From NCBI GenBank assembly GCA_008690995.1, contig VRMN01000002.1:1426001-1490000 (forward strand): a stretch of 64,000 nt of DNA. Direction: 5' to 3'. Source of the DNA: Porphyridium purpureum. Taxonomy: Eukaryota. The translations under genes and the position numbers were made by a program. Below are positions 41,273 to 51,455 of the stretch, piece after piece (the stretch's first letter is position 1; each line of letters opens with the position of its first letter). Below the pieces are notes generated by a model. That model had not been told where the DNA came from and did not search any database. It saw only the letters and a program-made list of their open reading frames with translations.

Positions 41273-43102
41273 ATGGGGACTGCGGAGAAGTTGGAGGAGC
41301 GGGCGACGGAGTTTCGCAAGGTGATGAAGCTGCCGGAAGGGCCCGAGGTGGAGACGGCGATGTACGATATTGCTGTCGCCGCGCCGTCCGAGGAGACAGT
41401 CGTGCAGGTGGCCTCGTGGAATGAGGTGCTCAGCGCGCTGCACAAGGCGTCCGTAGACGACCAGTTTATCCCGCCAGTCGTGCGCGTGGATGACCAGCTC
41501 AAGCCGCTGGCCGTCGTCAAGGAGGGCGACGCCGTCATCTATTGGGACTTCCGCACGGATCGCGCCAAGCCGCTCACCGCAGCGTTCCTGGATGTTCCGT
41601 ACGGTGGCCAGAACGGCGGCCTGAGCGATGTGGCGAGGAAGAACATGCCCGCGAACGTCAAGTTTATCACGCTCACCCACTATGACGACAACTTCAACGC
41701 GTCACCCAACCTGCTTGAAGCGTTCAACCCAGGCCAGCCGCTCGAAGATACGTACGCCGAGGTGGTTGGGCGCGAGGGCGTCGACCAGCTGATTGTCGCC
41801 GAGAGCGAGAAATGGCGCGCGGTGACGTGGTTCAAGGACGGCCGAAGGAACCTGGGTTACGAGCGCGTCAGCGAGGATGGCATCATCATCACGGAAAAGC
41901 ATCCGTCGCTGCCGATCGAGACCCGCATCGCCATGTCGCGAAAAGTGTCTGCGCACGTGGAGGCGCCTCAAATGCGAGCCGCTGAGATCACCGAGTTGCT
42001 TTTGGAAGGTGTGCGCAAGGGCGTCACCGACATTTTCACCAACTATGCCAACGCAGACATGGTCGGCCATGCCACAACGGATGCCTCGTGGTTTGACAAG
42101 ACAGTGGAGGCTATCACCGTGTTGGACGAGTCTCTCGGCAAGTTGGTACCGGAAGCGCTCGAGAAGGGTTACACGGTCTTCATCACGGGTGATCACGGGA
42201 ATGCTGAGGAAATGTTCAACCCGAAGAATGGCCGTGCGAACCCGGCTCACACGAGCAACAAGGTACCGTTCATCGTTCTGGGCCAGGCGGAGGGCGAATC
42301 CTTTACGGTGGATCCAGAAATTAGCATTGGCCAGATGGGTGTGTGCGCATTGCAAATGCGCGGGTTGGACGCGCCGGCATCCTGGGATCTGTCTTCCGCC
42401 CTGAACGGTACGGTCAAGCCAGACAAAATGCGTAAGATCATGCGCATCATTCTGGACGGATATGGCGTGCGCGACGATGAGTATGGAAACGCCATGGCGC
42501 ACGCAGCGAAAAAGAAGGGTTCGCCCTTGCACATGGATCGCTGGATGAATGGAGAGGATGGCGCAGTGTCCGCGAGAGCCGAGGCCTCGGGTGAGCGCTG
42601 TGGCTACCCGGAAGGGGTCAGTGGCACCACCGAATTTGGTCACGTCTTGTTTGACGCAGGACGTGATGTGCCCACCGACTTGGTGCTGATCAATCGCGCC
42701 GTGGAGAAGAACTTATTCGCGTCGAATCCGGCATTCAAGGCGGCGGTGGAGGTTGCCAAGAACGGAGGCACGATTCACTGCATGGGCGTCTTGTCCGACG
42801 GGCTAGTCCATTCGAGCATGAAGCACATCGAGGCAATGCTCAAGACGCTGAAAGACTCTGGCGCCGCGAGCTCTTCTATTGCGCTGCACCCCATTGCCGA
42901 CGGGCGCGACGTGCCTGGCGATTCGTCGCCCAAGTTCTTCGACTGGCTCGAGAACCTCACCAAGGAGATAGGATGCGGTGAAATTGTGTCCACGTTTGGT
43001 CGCGCATGGGGCAAGGATCGTGACAACCGGTGGAAGCGCATTGAAGCGGCATTCCGCTCGCTCACTGAGGGCACGGCCTTTGTCCATATTCAGAAGGTGT
43101 AG
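41273..43102 (+). CDS. gpmI: 2,3-bisphosphoglycerate-independent phosphoglycerate mutase (iPGM), circularly permuted
   Basis: All iPGM motifs are present but reordered: DQF, FRTDR, AESEK, NYANADMVGH, TGDHGNAE and AHT come first, then IILDG, GTTEFGH..AGR, SDGLVHS, DGRD and GR..DRD. Confidence 0.9.
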   Translation: MGTAEKLEERATEFRKVMKLPEGPEVETAMYDIAVAAPSEETVVQVASWNEVLSALHKASVDDQFIPPVVRVDDQLKPLAVVKEGDAVIYWDFRTDRAKPLTAAFLDVPYGGQNGGLSDVARKNMPANVKFITLTHYDDNFNASPNLLEAFNPGQPLEDTYAEVVGREGVDQLIVAESEKWRAVTWFKDGRRNLGYERVSEDGIIITEKHPSLPIETRIAMSRKVSAHVEAPQMRAAEITELLLEGVRKGVTDIFTNYANADMVGHATTDASWFDKTVEAITVLDESLGKLVPEALEKGYTVFITGDHGNAEEMFNPKNGRANPAHTSNKVPFIVLGQAEGESFTVDPEISIGQMGVCALQMRGLDAPASWDLSSALNGTVKPDKMRKIMRIILDGYGVRDDEYGNAMAHAAKKKGSPLHMDRWMNGEDGAVSARAEASGERCGYPEGVSGTTEFGHVLFDAGRDVPTDLVLINRAVEKNLFASNPAFKAAVEVAKNGGTIHCMGVLSDGLVHSSMKHIEAMLKTLKDSGAASSSIALHPIADGRDVPGDSSPKFFDWLENLTKEIGCGEIVSTFGRAWGKDRDNRWKRIEAAFRSLTEGTAFVHIQKV

Positions 43103-44347
43103 TTGAGGCAAGCCAGAGTCTCGCCACACGTGATGTGACTTGTGTGTAGGCATCGCAACCCCCATATTCCGCTTGAACAGACGTTGGCACTTGTCAAGCG
43201 TACGGGAACTTGCGTGGCAGTGAGAAAAGCGCCGTGTTGATGTAGTGATTCAGACCGGACATTCCCAGATAAAAGACAGTTTTTGGTTCAGCAGCCTTTT
43301 GTACGTGGTGACGGACCAGTAACACTTGATGCTGAGCCGTATCCGCAATTGCAATCAGCCGTCTACCAGATGCCGACAGCAAAGGCACGCTGTCGTGGGC
43401 GGCGCTGATCGAGCTTCCCGAGAACACGCAGGTAAAGCTTTCATGCAGTGCCCAGATGATCAAGAGGCCTCGCCGCCATCACCGGCCGAGAGTCACATCT
43501 GGATGCATGGTTCGCAGATGTTGTCTCCGATGCCTGATCGCGAAAAACAATAACGGACACTTTAGCAGCGCCGCCTTTTGCGAATGTTTCAGGCTTGTGT
43601 CAGCACATGTGATTATTGCGTGAAGCGGCGCCCGCACTAAGTGTACTCAAACTTTTGCTTGTTTAAGTGAATCATGATCATGCCGTACCGACGATCGCTC
43701 CGAAGGCAAACATGCATTTCAAATACTCGGCACAGATACCGAGAATATCCATCTGCATCCTCCAGGTTGGAATCACTTTCCCATCGCTTCAACTTCGGAG
43801 CTTTTGTGCAACTCGTCACATCATGATGCCACTAATTCACTCGACAAAGTCGCACACAAAACGTCAATGGGAGCCGGTCAAAAAACTCGCGGTTGGGAAG
43901 AGTCTGATCGGGGCAGTGGGCTCTTAACCGCACTTCTAGCCTTAGCGCTAAAGCCAGAGTAAAATTAGGTAGACCTCCACCACGAATAGCTTGACTGCTG
44001 CATGTGCGCCTGCTCACTCGCAGGTCGAAGACGTCGCGAAGCCTTTGCACGCCTCATGGAAGAATTCCACGTCTTTCACAAGGAACCTCAGTAGACGACG
44101 TTCACGACGGACACATATTACGTCGCGTGTTCCACAACCGAATGAGCTCTGTACTCATAAGAAGCCAACTGCGAATTTGAACAACAGCTGGAAAGGGGGG
44201 CCGCATTAAACTTGAACGCCTTGCTTTGCTCCGAAAGCAGGGTATAACTTTGGCGCGAACGGAACAAGTTGGCAGACGAGCAAGCTAGCCAAGATACTTT
44301 CCTCGACGCGCCGTAGCGTACGGTATCGGATCCGGCCAGAACAAGGA

Positions 44348-45688
44348 TCAATCAATGTGAAGATTTGGGTGCACGTTTCGAATGTGTCTCTTCCAATTGC
44401 TCAGTACAGAAAACGTCGCTTCGCAGCTAGTGCACTGGAAATCGCGCCGCTTCTCGTGTACTCCGAGCACATGCACGCGCAAGTGCGACAGCTGCGCGAA
44501 TTTGCGCAAGCACCTCTCGCAGGCGTACGGCTGGTCTCCTTCATGAACCGTCCGGATGTGGCGTTTGAGATCTCGCGAGCGACTGAACACCTTGTCACAC
44601 TTTGTGCAATGACCGGCGCTAGATTCGACGCGAGCAGGATCAGATTCACATACCATTCCAGTTTCAGACCCGCTGTCAGTTCTGGAATCGAACGACCGCT
44701 TAGCGCGCTTTCGGCTTGCGTTGGCTTTGTGGAATAACGCGTCGCCTTTCCACGTGATTGCCCGACTGTGCCAAACGGATGATGCAGTAGTCAGCCGATC
44801 GAAGAAGAGAAACTGGAGGTGTTTCATATTTGTGTACTCAGAGCCAAGAGAGGACTGGAACCCTGAATTCGTGACAGATCGAAACGCGAGCTGTCCACTG
44901 CCCAGAAAGCCTTCCAGCACCATCTCGGGCGACTTCAGTTGTGGGGCGCACAAGCCGCGGCGGACAGCCGCAGAAAAGTCGTTCCAATCGTACGCTCGCG
45001 CGAGCTCGGCGTCTGTTCTCCGGCTTGCCGGAACGCGCCAGCAAGTGCAACTGCCGGTCAGGCAATTCTGCACGCACTCTCCTGCTCGTTCCAGTACAGA
45101 ATAACTCGAAACAGTTGCGTCTCGCTCAAAGTTGGCTATACGCCAGAATTCGCCTTTCAATCGTCCGTTATCCCAGAACCGCATGAGTTGAAGAAGAATC
45201 GATCCATCGCTGCAGGAACCCGCTGTAATATACGCAAAGCCGTAGCGGGTTCGAAACCCAGTGAGGCGGTATCCCGGAAAGAAGTGCACACCCTGTGGCA
45301 CGACTACGGTGTTTGTATTTGTCATCATGACAGCGTGAACAAAGCGACTTTGTTGCAGTCCGTCACAAAAAGGAATGATGACGCCGCATGACGTTGAGTT
45401 GATGTACCGTATGTCGTAGTCCCAAATGACCGCGCTATCCAGGTCGCCCTGCTGCGGCATGTACGGCAAGCACGCCATTTCCTCCGGCGCGATTTGCCCA
45501 TCAAAGCTATGTCTCACCTCAATATCAGCGGCAGGCGCATGTTCGGGAGTCAAGCGCGGCCTGGCGGCTTCCGCATTTGAGCTAGGCCGCACGCACGCCT
45601 GTAACCAACGCACAATCCACGCATTCACTTGCTCCTCCTCCAACACCACCCTCAGAACCGACTGGAAGCTGCCTGGTGCCATGGTCAT
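44348..45688 (-). CDS. C2H2 zinc-finger protein (3 C-terminal fingers, unrecognised N-terminal domain)
   Basis: CTKC..HIRTVH, CERC..HVLGVH and CTSC..HIRNVH. Confidence 0.87.
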   Translation of the reverse strand: MTMAPGSFQSVLRVVLEEEQVNAWIVRWLQACVRPSSNAEAARPRLTPEHAPAADIEVRHSFDGQIAPEEMACLPYMPQQGDLDSAVIWDYDIRYINSTSCGVIIPFCDGLQQSRFVHAVMMTNTNTVVVPQGVHFFPGYRLTGFRTRYGFAYITAGSCSDGSILLQLMRFWDNGRLKGEFWRIANFERDATVSSYSVLERAGECVQNCLTGSCTCWRVPASRRTDAELARAYDWNDFSAAVRRGLCAPQLKSPEMVLEGFLGSGQLAFRSVTNSGFQSSLGSEYTNMKHLQFLFFDRLTTASSVWHSRAITWKGDALFHKANASRKRAKRSFDSRTDSGSETGMVCESDPARVESSAGHCTKCDKVFSRSRDLKRHIRTVHEGDQPYACERCLRKFAQLSHLRVHVLGVHEKRRDFQCTSCEATFSVLSNWKRHIRNVHPNLHID

Positions 45689-47563
45689 CGCAGTGCGCTC
45701 TCGCTTCGGCGGCGCGCGACAGATGCTGCGCCACCGCTACGCCTCCTTGGCCCGCGCGGCTCGACCGCGGTCTGGCTGTTTCGGCAAGTCAACACCCACG
45801 CGTGCTCAACTGTAAGCGCCTCAGAATATGATTTGTGGAAAGTACAGTGAGTACACTTGGGCGTTTCGGCACGAGCGCGGGATCCGCTGTACCTCTAGGG
45901 TTTCTGGGTGTACTGTGCATCTGTTGACTGGGTGGGACGGCGGATGGGTAGATGTTGGTCGCAAACACGTCTTGTAGGTGAAAGGGCGCAGCGCGGGACA
46001 GGCACGCATGCCGAAGGCGGTGTTTCGCGCACACTGCGCAGCGTGAAGACGCGTGTCGGCGGGTCTGCGTGTATGTGACGGATTGTGGCTTTTGGCCCGC
46101 ATTACAGTGGTGTGTCGCAAATACGTGCAAACATGTGGCGATTGCCTTTGTCAGGGATGAAAAGAAAGGCCGATTGCATTGCCGGCGCAGAGCGCGTCGG
46201 CTGAAGAGAGGAGATAAGAGCTTGACCTTTCGGGGCTTGGGAAACGCTTTCGAGCACCTGTGGTCTCAATTGCAAGCTGTGCTTCGAGCATGGCCTCAGA
46301 CGCCCGTGTTCATTTCAAGTCCTGGTATGGACGATGCTGGAAACATACGCGATGAACTTTGCTTGGAGAGCATGACGAAAAATTACCGCTTGAGTCAAAT
46401 TACCTCCAAAAAGGGTACGCGTGTGATGTTTCCCATTGCTGGCCGCGGCAAATGCGGATGAAGACACTCTTCAGCGAAAGTCAAGTCGCTTCTCCTCCAC
46501 GGCGAGTACTTTCGACCGCCCGTACGAAAAGTGGTCGAATCCGCACCCACACACACATTGCAGAAAATGCGTCGCACGCCTTGATGCAACGTTTAAGTAT
46601 ATCACAGAAGCTCCTCCAAGCCGCTGGATCCGCTAACAAACAAAGATCGTGCACTCGGACTCGCGTCTGCTCGGACAGCCATGTGTCCGTTCCGGTTCAG
46701 ACCCAGACTTGGATTCGAACTCCAAAAGTCGGATGATTCTGTCTGTCGGCTTTGCCTGCAAATCACGAACATCACTTGCAATTTCAAGAACCCGGCTTTG
46801 CAGTGGGGCTGACGCAGCGGTCTGTCTGTCAAAAGCAGATGAATGTGAGACAGCTCATGCGCGGGTGCGCTGAACCGGAACATGCCTAAAATTCTGACTT
46901 CAAGGTCAGCTTGCAGACAAGCCAATCACCTCGCATACGTGCGTGGCAGTGCAGCGCAATATTATGCGGAGAAGCGTTTCGGGCACGTTGACGAAGGAAA
47001 GGCGCAACGTCTCCCCAGGCAAGCGGTTTCCAAGGTTCAGCGTATACTCAATGACTGAAAGCCGGGCACCAGCAAGCGCAAGTGCCTACACTGCAGGTCT
47101 GCAAAACCCAACTGCTCTTGCGCTCCATGAAGCCGCAGCTTAGAAGCTTTGCGTCCTCATGGACGTCTGACGAGCGAAAGCTCTATTTAGCAGGCATACC
47201 GGTTTCCGTGGGAGAATCTATTCATCCATTCGAATCACGCGAGCCACCGCTCACCGATCATCTGCTTGAATGGAGCTCATCGACAACGAAAATACACATG
47301 GGTGCGGTCACTGAATCAGCCGAGGATTCGGTTCGTTCATCTCAAAGCTCATTCAGAGGCCCGTCTGGAAGCGTGCTGAAACGCGCCTTCATCCATCTTA
47401 TTTGAAGGGCGCGCCGGCTGTCGTATTCATCCTCGCTTGTGCATTTGCAGCTAATAAACGAAGGCAAGAGCCCAGAGTAGATTAGGACAGCCGAAACTGT
47501 CGTCTTCCGCATTTAGCCAGGGCTTCGCCGATACTCGATGGATCGACTTTTGTCGCTCATTTC

Positions 47564-49819
47564 TCAAAGCTGCCGAGCACCTTTGTTCCTCTGGCGGCCA
47601 TCGGGTCCGACTGGCTTGAACGACGAATTGTACAGCGAGTGCTGCTGTTCCAACCACGCAAAGCACGCAAGGGCGACGAATGCTACAATAAGGGCGCACG
47701 TGAGAATAGGACGCCTGAGTCTTGGCATCAGGTTGCCGTGCACATACTTTGCCGAAGCGTATAAAGGCAGCAAAACACCGGCGCCGCAGTTCATGCCTGC
47801 AAGACAGGAAGATTGTTTGCTATCAACATTCAGGTCCAGCGTTAATATGATGGAATCAATTTCTTGGAACAGCAAATGATCCACGCGACCGTCGCTGTTC
47901 AGGTCCACGGCCATAGGACATGTGAACAGCACCGACATCGGATCCAGCGCGACTTCACGGACGACAGCGCCATTGGCCAGATCCAGCACAAAAACACTGC
48001 GTGCAGTGTGCACCACAGCCATGTCTGGACGTTCAGACTGGCGCTGCGTGCAATCAAAAAACGCGCTTTCCGGGCCACTTATTTCGCTATCAATAAAAAG
48101 AACTTGCGCGTCCCGCTCCACATGCGGATCCCATGCGTGATAGTCTGCCAATTGTCGACTCCACATGACGCTCCAGTCCTCCACTCGCAAACACACCACA
48201 TGTGCATTTGACAGAACAACGAGGACGGCCAAGTCACTCGCGCGCTTTCCGGCCTTTTTGGGATGCCGCAGCACGAACGGAAGCGGTGGTAAAATCGAGA
48301 CACCGGACGCAAGTCCTTGAAGGATTGAGTCAGTTGCGCTCATATGAAGCGCAGCACCAGCACTTCCTGCTTCGGGGTTATGCCTGATATGGTGGTCTGT
48401 ACCACACGGAACAGGCACTTGCATAGAGGGGAAGCATTCAGCAAGCGAGTGATGGCACACCATCTCGGTCAATACGCATGGTGTGCCAAACGAAACTGAA
48501 ATGCGTTCAATGCTTCCATCATGGCTCGTGTCAAAATATGTTGACCGAGAATGCGCAAAAGGTAAAAATGTGAGAAGGCGGCCGCTCTCAAGGTCAAACA
48601 CATACTGGCCATCTTCGGTCGCGTGTAGAAGCACATCCGGTCCCAGACCAGCAGCCGCTTCCGAGCGCCGAGGACTGAAAGCTTCCTTTCCAAAGTGTGC
48701 GAGGCTTAATTGAACGTGCCCTCGCCACGCGAGCGGGAGCAAATTGAGAATACTCGCCTTGTGTGTTGTCCACAGAAACTCGGGATCTGGTGGGCTACGT
48801 GGTTGCTTAGCGCCAAGCAAAAGATGCTGAAACTCTTCCATCGGCATCCACACTTGCTCCGGTGCAATCGGTCGGGCACTTCCGCTGCTGCGCTTGTCAA
48901 AAGACAGCATTTCACTCAGTTCGATCGCCGTCACCTTGTCGCCGCCATCGCGGGACTCTGAATCAATGATGCGTCCTCCAAGGGCACCATCAGAAATAGT
49001 AGACTCGTTGTGAGTCCACAATAAGTGACCAGTAGACGCATCCACAAGAACTAAAAAGGCTCTGTGGATCGATATAGCTAAACCTTCAAACGACTTCTCT
49101 CTAAAATATCGGACATGAACTGCTTCGGGACCGTACTCGAGGTCACTCTCATAAGGATGCTCAGCACTACTGTCCGTTTCAAGGAAATCTTGGAGAGGTT
49201 GCTTCCAGACCGTTTCGTACTCGTCCGAGCTGAGATTATTCCCCCTTCTTGCGCATAGAACTTCGATGAACAGCGACTCCAGGTGGCCCACAACACCGGC
49301 ACAAAGCAAAGAGCCTCTGAATCTGTTGATATCAGACCTACTGGGCCCGCCGGTGTCGTTGCTCCGGCTCCAAGCAGAAAAGGCAACGACATAATCATAA
49401 TCAAGCTCGATCCATGCTTGTGCGTTCACGTCCAGGACGTCCTGTACAAGGACGCCCGTTGGAATGATGGTCGGAGAGAAGACAAGCGTTCCGTCGACAA
49501 GCACGGGGCTTAGGTACTCGTCGACGCGCAGTCGCGTCTCCGCCAGATCCAAAGGGTCATCCTCACTGTTTTCATTGCGACCAAACACTTTCATTTGTTC
49601 AAGGCGCCGCGTGTGGATTTGATGCGCATCCTCAATGATGCGGATCTGCCTTGCCTTGAACTCCAGCAAGTCCGGCGGTGCCGCATGATCCAACCCAACT
49701 CCACCGCCGCTGGCATTCCGAACTGCTGCGCCCGTGCTATCCGGCACCAAGATGACCCACAGCGCCGCGACCACGCACGATCCAGCAATCAGCAACAAGT
49801 TGGCATGTTCCTGCCGCAT
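47564..49819 (-). CDS. Membrane-anchored FG-GAP/beta-propeller-like protein
   Basis: N- and C-terminal hydrophobic segments, DxxxDG motifs (DTSHDGSIE, DLNSDGRVDH) and repeated propeller-like turns (LVDASTG, FDLESG, LDLANG). Confidence 0.65.
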   Translation of the reverse strand: MRQEHANLLLIAGSCVVAALWVILVPDSTGAAVRNASGGGVGLDHAAPPDLLEFKARQIRIIEDAHQIHTRRLEQMKVFGRNENSEDDPLDLAETRLRVDEYLSPVLVDGTLVFSPTIIPTGVLVQDVLDVNAQAWIELDYDYVVAFSAWSRSNDTGGPSRSDINRFRGSLLCAGVVGHLESLFIEVLCARRGNNLSSDEYETVWKQPLQDFLETDSSAEHPYESDLEYGPEAVHVRYFREKSFEGLAISIHRAFLVLVDASTGHLLWTHNESTISDGALGGRIIDSESRDGGDKVTAIELSEMLSFDKRSSGSARPIAPEQVWMPMEEFQHLLLGAKQPRSPPDPEFLWTTHKASILNLLPLAWRGHVQLSLAHFGKEAFSPRRSEAAAGLGPDVLLHATEDGQYVFDLESGRLLTFLPFAHSRSTYFDTSHDGSIERISVSFGTPCVLTEMVCHHSLAECFPSMQVPVPCGTDHHIRHNPEAGSAGAALHMSATDSILQGLASGVSILPPLPFVLRHPKKAGKRASDLAVLVVLSNAHVVCLRVEDWSVMWSRQLADYHAWDPHVERDAQVLFIDSEISGPESAFFDCTQRQSERPDMAVVHTARSVFVLDLANGAVVREVALDPMSVLFTCPMAVDLNSDGRVDHLLFQEIDSIILTLDLNVDSKQSSCLAGMNCGAGVLLPLYASAKYVHGNLMPRLRRPILTCALIVAFVALACFAWLEQQHSLYNSSFKPVGPDGRQRNKGARQL

Positions 49820-50942
49820 GCCTGTCTCCTTGCGCCAACCGCGTTCCACTTGTGCAGACTGCCACGGCCAAAGCGGACACTGTCTTCCAAGCTACCTGTC
49901 GACAATGACTAGAAGCTAATCCTCACCAAACCAGACCAACAGGTCCAACGTTGACATCCACAATCCCATCCAGTGTTCCTCCCCGTTGCAACCCGACCCC
50001 CGCAACCACCACGACTTGCCAGCTACACAGTACCTAGCTGTACTCACTCGCAGCAACAACGGATGTACAGTTGCTCACCAAACTAGTGTACATGGATGAA
50101 AGGCGGGTGGCGTTTTCTCTTGTTACACGGAAAAAGAAAAATGACCCCATCGGCCGTCGCCTTTCCTTCGCACTTACCTTTCCACCAGACTTGCCTTTCA
50201 AGCCGAGTTGCCTTTCAGTACCTGGCGCTCCTTTTCTGCGACGCGACATGCAACCATGCGTACAACGTCCAATCATAATCTTACATCCCTGTTGCTCTCT
50301 GTTATTCTTGGTTCCTTTGCTTCATAAGAAATGAAAGCAAACCTGTGAAACAAGCAGACTGACAGAGCGTTGAGCGAGTTCTTAACCGCTTTTCGCAGGC
50401 CGCCACGTCTGCATGCGGACAGGAGGCGTTTGACTGGTTCTCACGCCAGGTGGCCGGATGATAATGGACCATGAATATGGAAAGGGAATGTGGATAATGA
50501 GTACGCTGGCGGAGGAGGTGACAGGTGTAACTACTGAGCGTTGAAGCTCTGATTCAACCACGTCGTTGTGAGTTCACGTGCGTTATTGTTCGTACTGCTG
50601 CCGGCCGCTGAAGTTACTGGTTGCCGATGAAACGCCGCGCGGGTAAAGCGCACGTGTAGAATTTACGGTCAAAGATGGGTATCACTAGATACGGGTCCCA
50701 GCGGGACGCGCCGCATAAGAATGTCGGTGCCGAAGCAGACTGGGGGATGCACTGCTGATGTCATCGGGCAGACGTGTACTTTAGACGTCACGGTCGTGTA
50801 TAAAAAGGCGAGACGCGCTTCCCTGGAGGTGCGGCTTTCGACACTTTGCGTGAGATGCGCTTCATCAAGGAAAGAAGGGACAGTCGAACGACTTGAACGA
50901 ATACAGGGGAACACAGCCCGCTGGATCTTGTCTTCTTCTCTC

Positions 50943-51362
50943 ATGGAGCGGTCGAGCGATGACTATTCAACGGACCCACGCGGTCAAGACACGGAGGACA
51001 TCAAGTTCCGACGCAGGCTTAGTGTGTTGGAAGACGCGGTGGAATCCCGACGACGATGGATCAAGAAGGCAACAGACGATTCAAGTTCGCAATCCTATGC
51101 GGTTGAGGCTTTGCATCATGTGCTGGAGGTAAGACCCCGAGCGTTCGGGTCTAGCCTGGAGCGGCAAGGCAGATGTTGGCCCACGGCTTTGCGGCTCGAT
51201 CCCATCGCCGAGACTTCCGAAGAAATGAGTGAGCCTGCAATCGGGAGCTTGCAGTCGCAGAATGAGGACGATGATCTCGAAGGCCAAAGTGAGCTAAGTC
51301 CATCGCCTAGTTCTGACGACATTGAAATCGTTCAATCGTGCACAGCAAGTTCTCTAATTTAA
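50943..51362 (+). CDS. Small hypothetical acidic protein (139 aa)
   Basis: ATG at 50943 inside ORF 50721..51362, with TATAAAAA near 50800. No recognisable domain. Confidence 0.4.
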   Translation: MERSSDDYSTDPRGQDTEDIKFRRRLSVLEDAVESRRRWIKKATDDSSSQSYAVEALHHVLEVRPRAFGSSLERQGRCWPTALRLDPIAETSEEMSEPAIGSLQSQNEDDDLEGQSELSPSPSSDDIEIVQSCTASSLI

Positions 51363-51455
51363 GCTCGATGTCGAGCCATTTTTATTGTCGAGTCCGTCAA
51401 ATGTAAACGAAGAAGCACCCTTTCCACTCCAACTCACCATACCCTTGTCCTTTCC

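Noticed and set aside
46700..46745. tRNA-like T-loop (GAGTTCGAATCC on the minus strand)
   Set aside because: There is no paired T-stem or cloverleaf.
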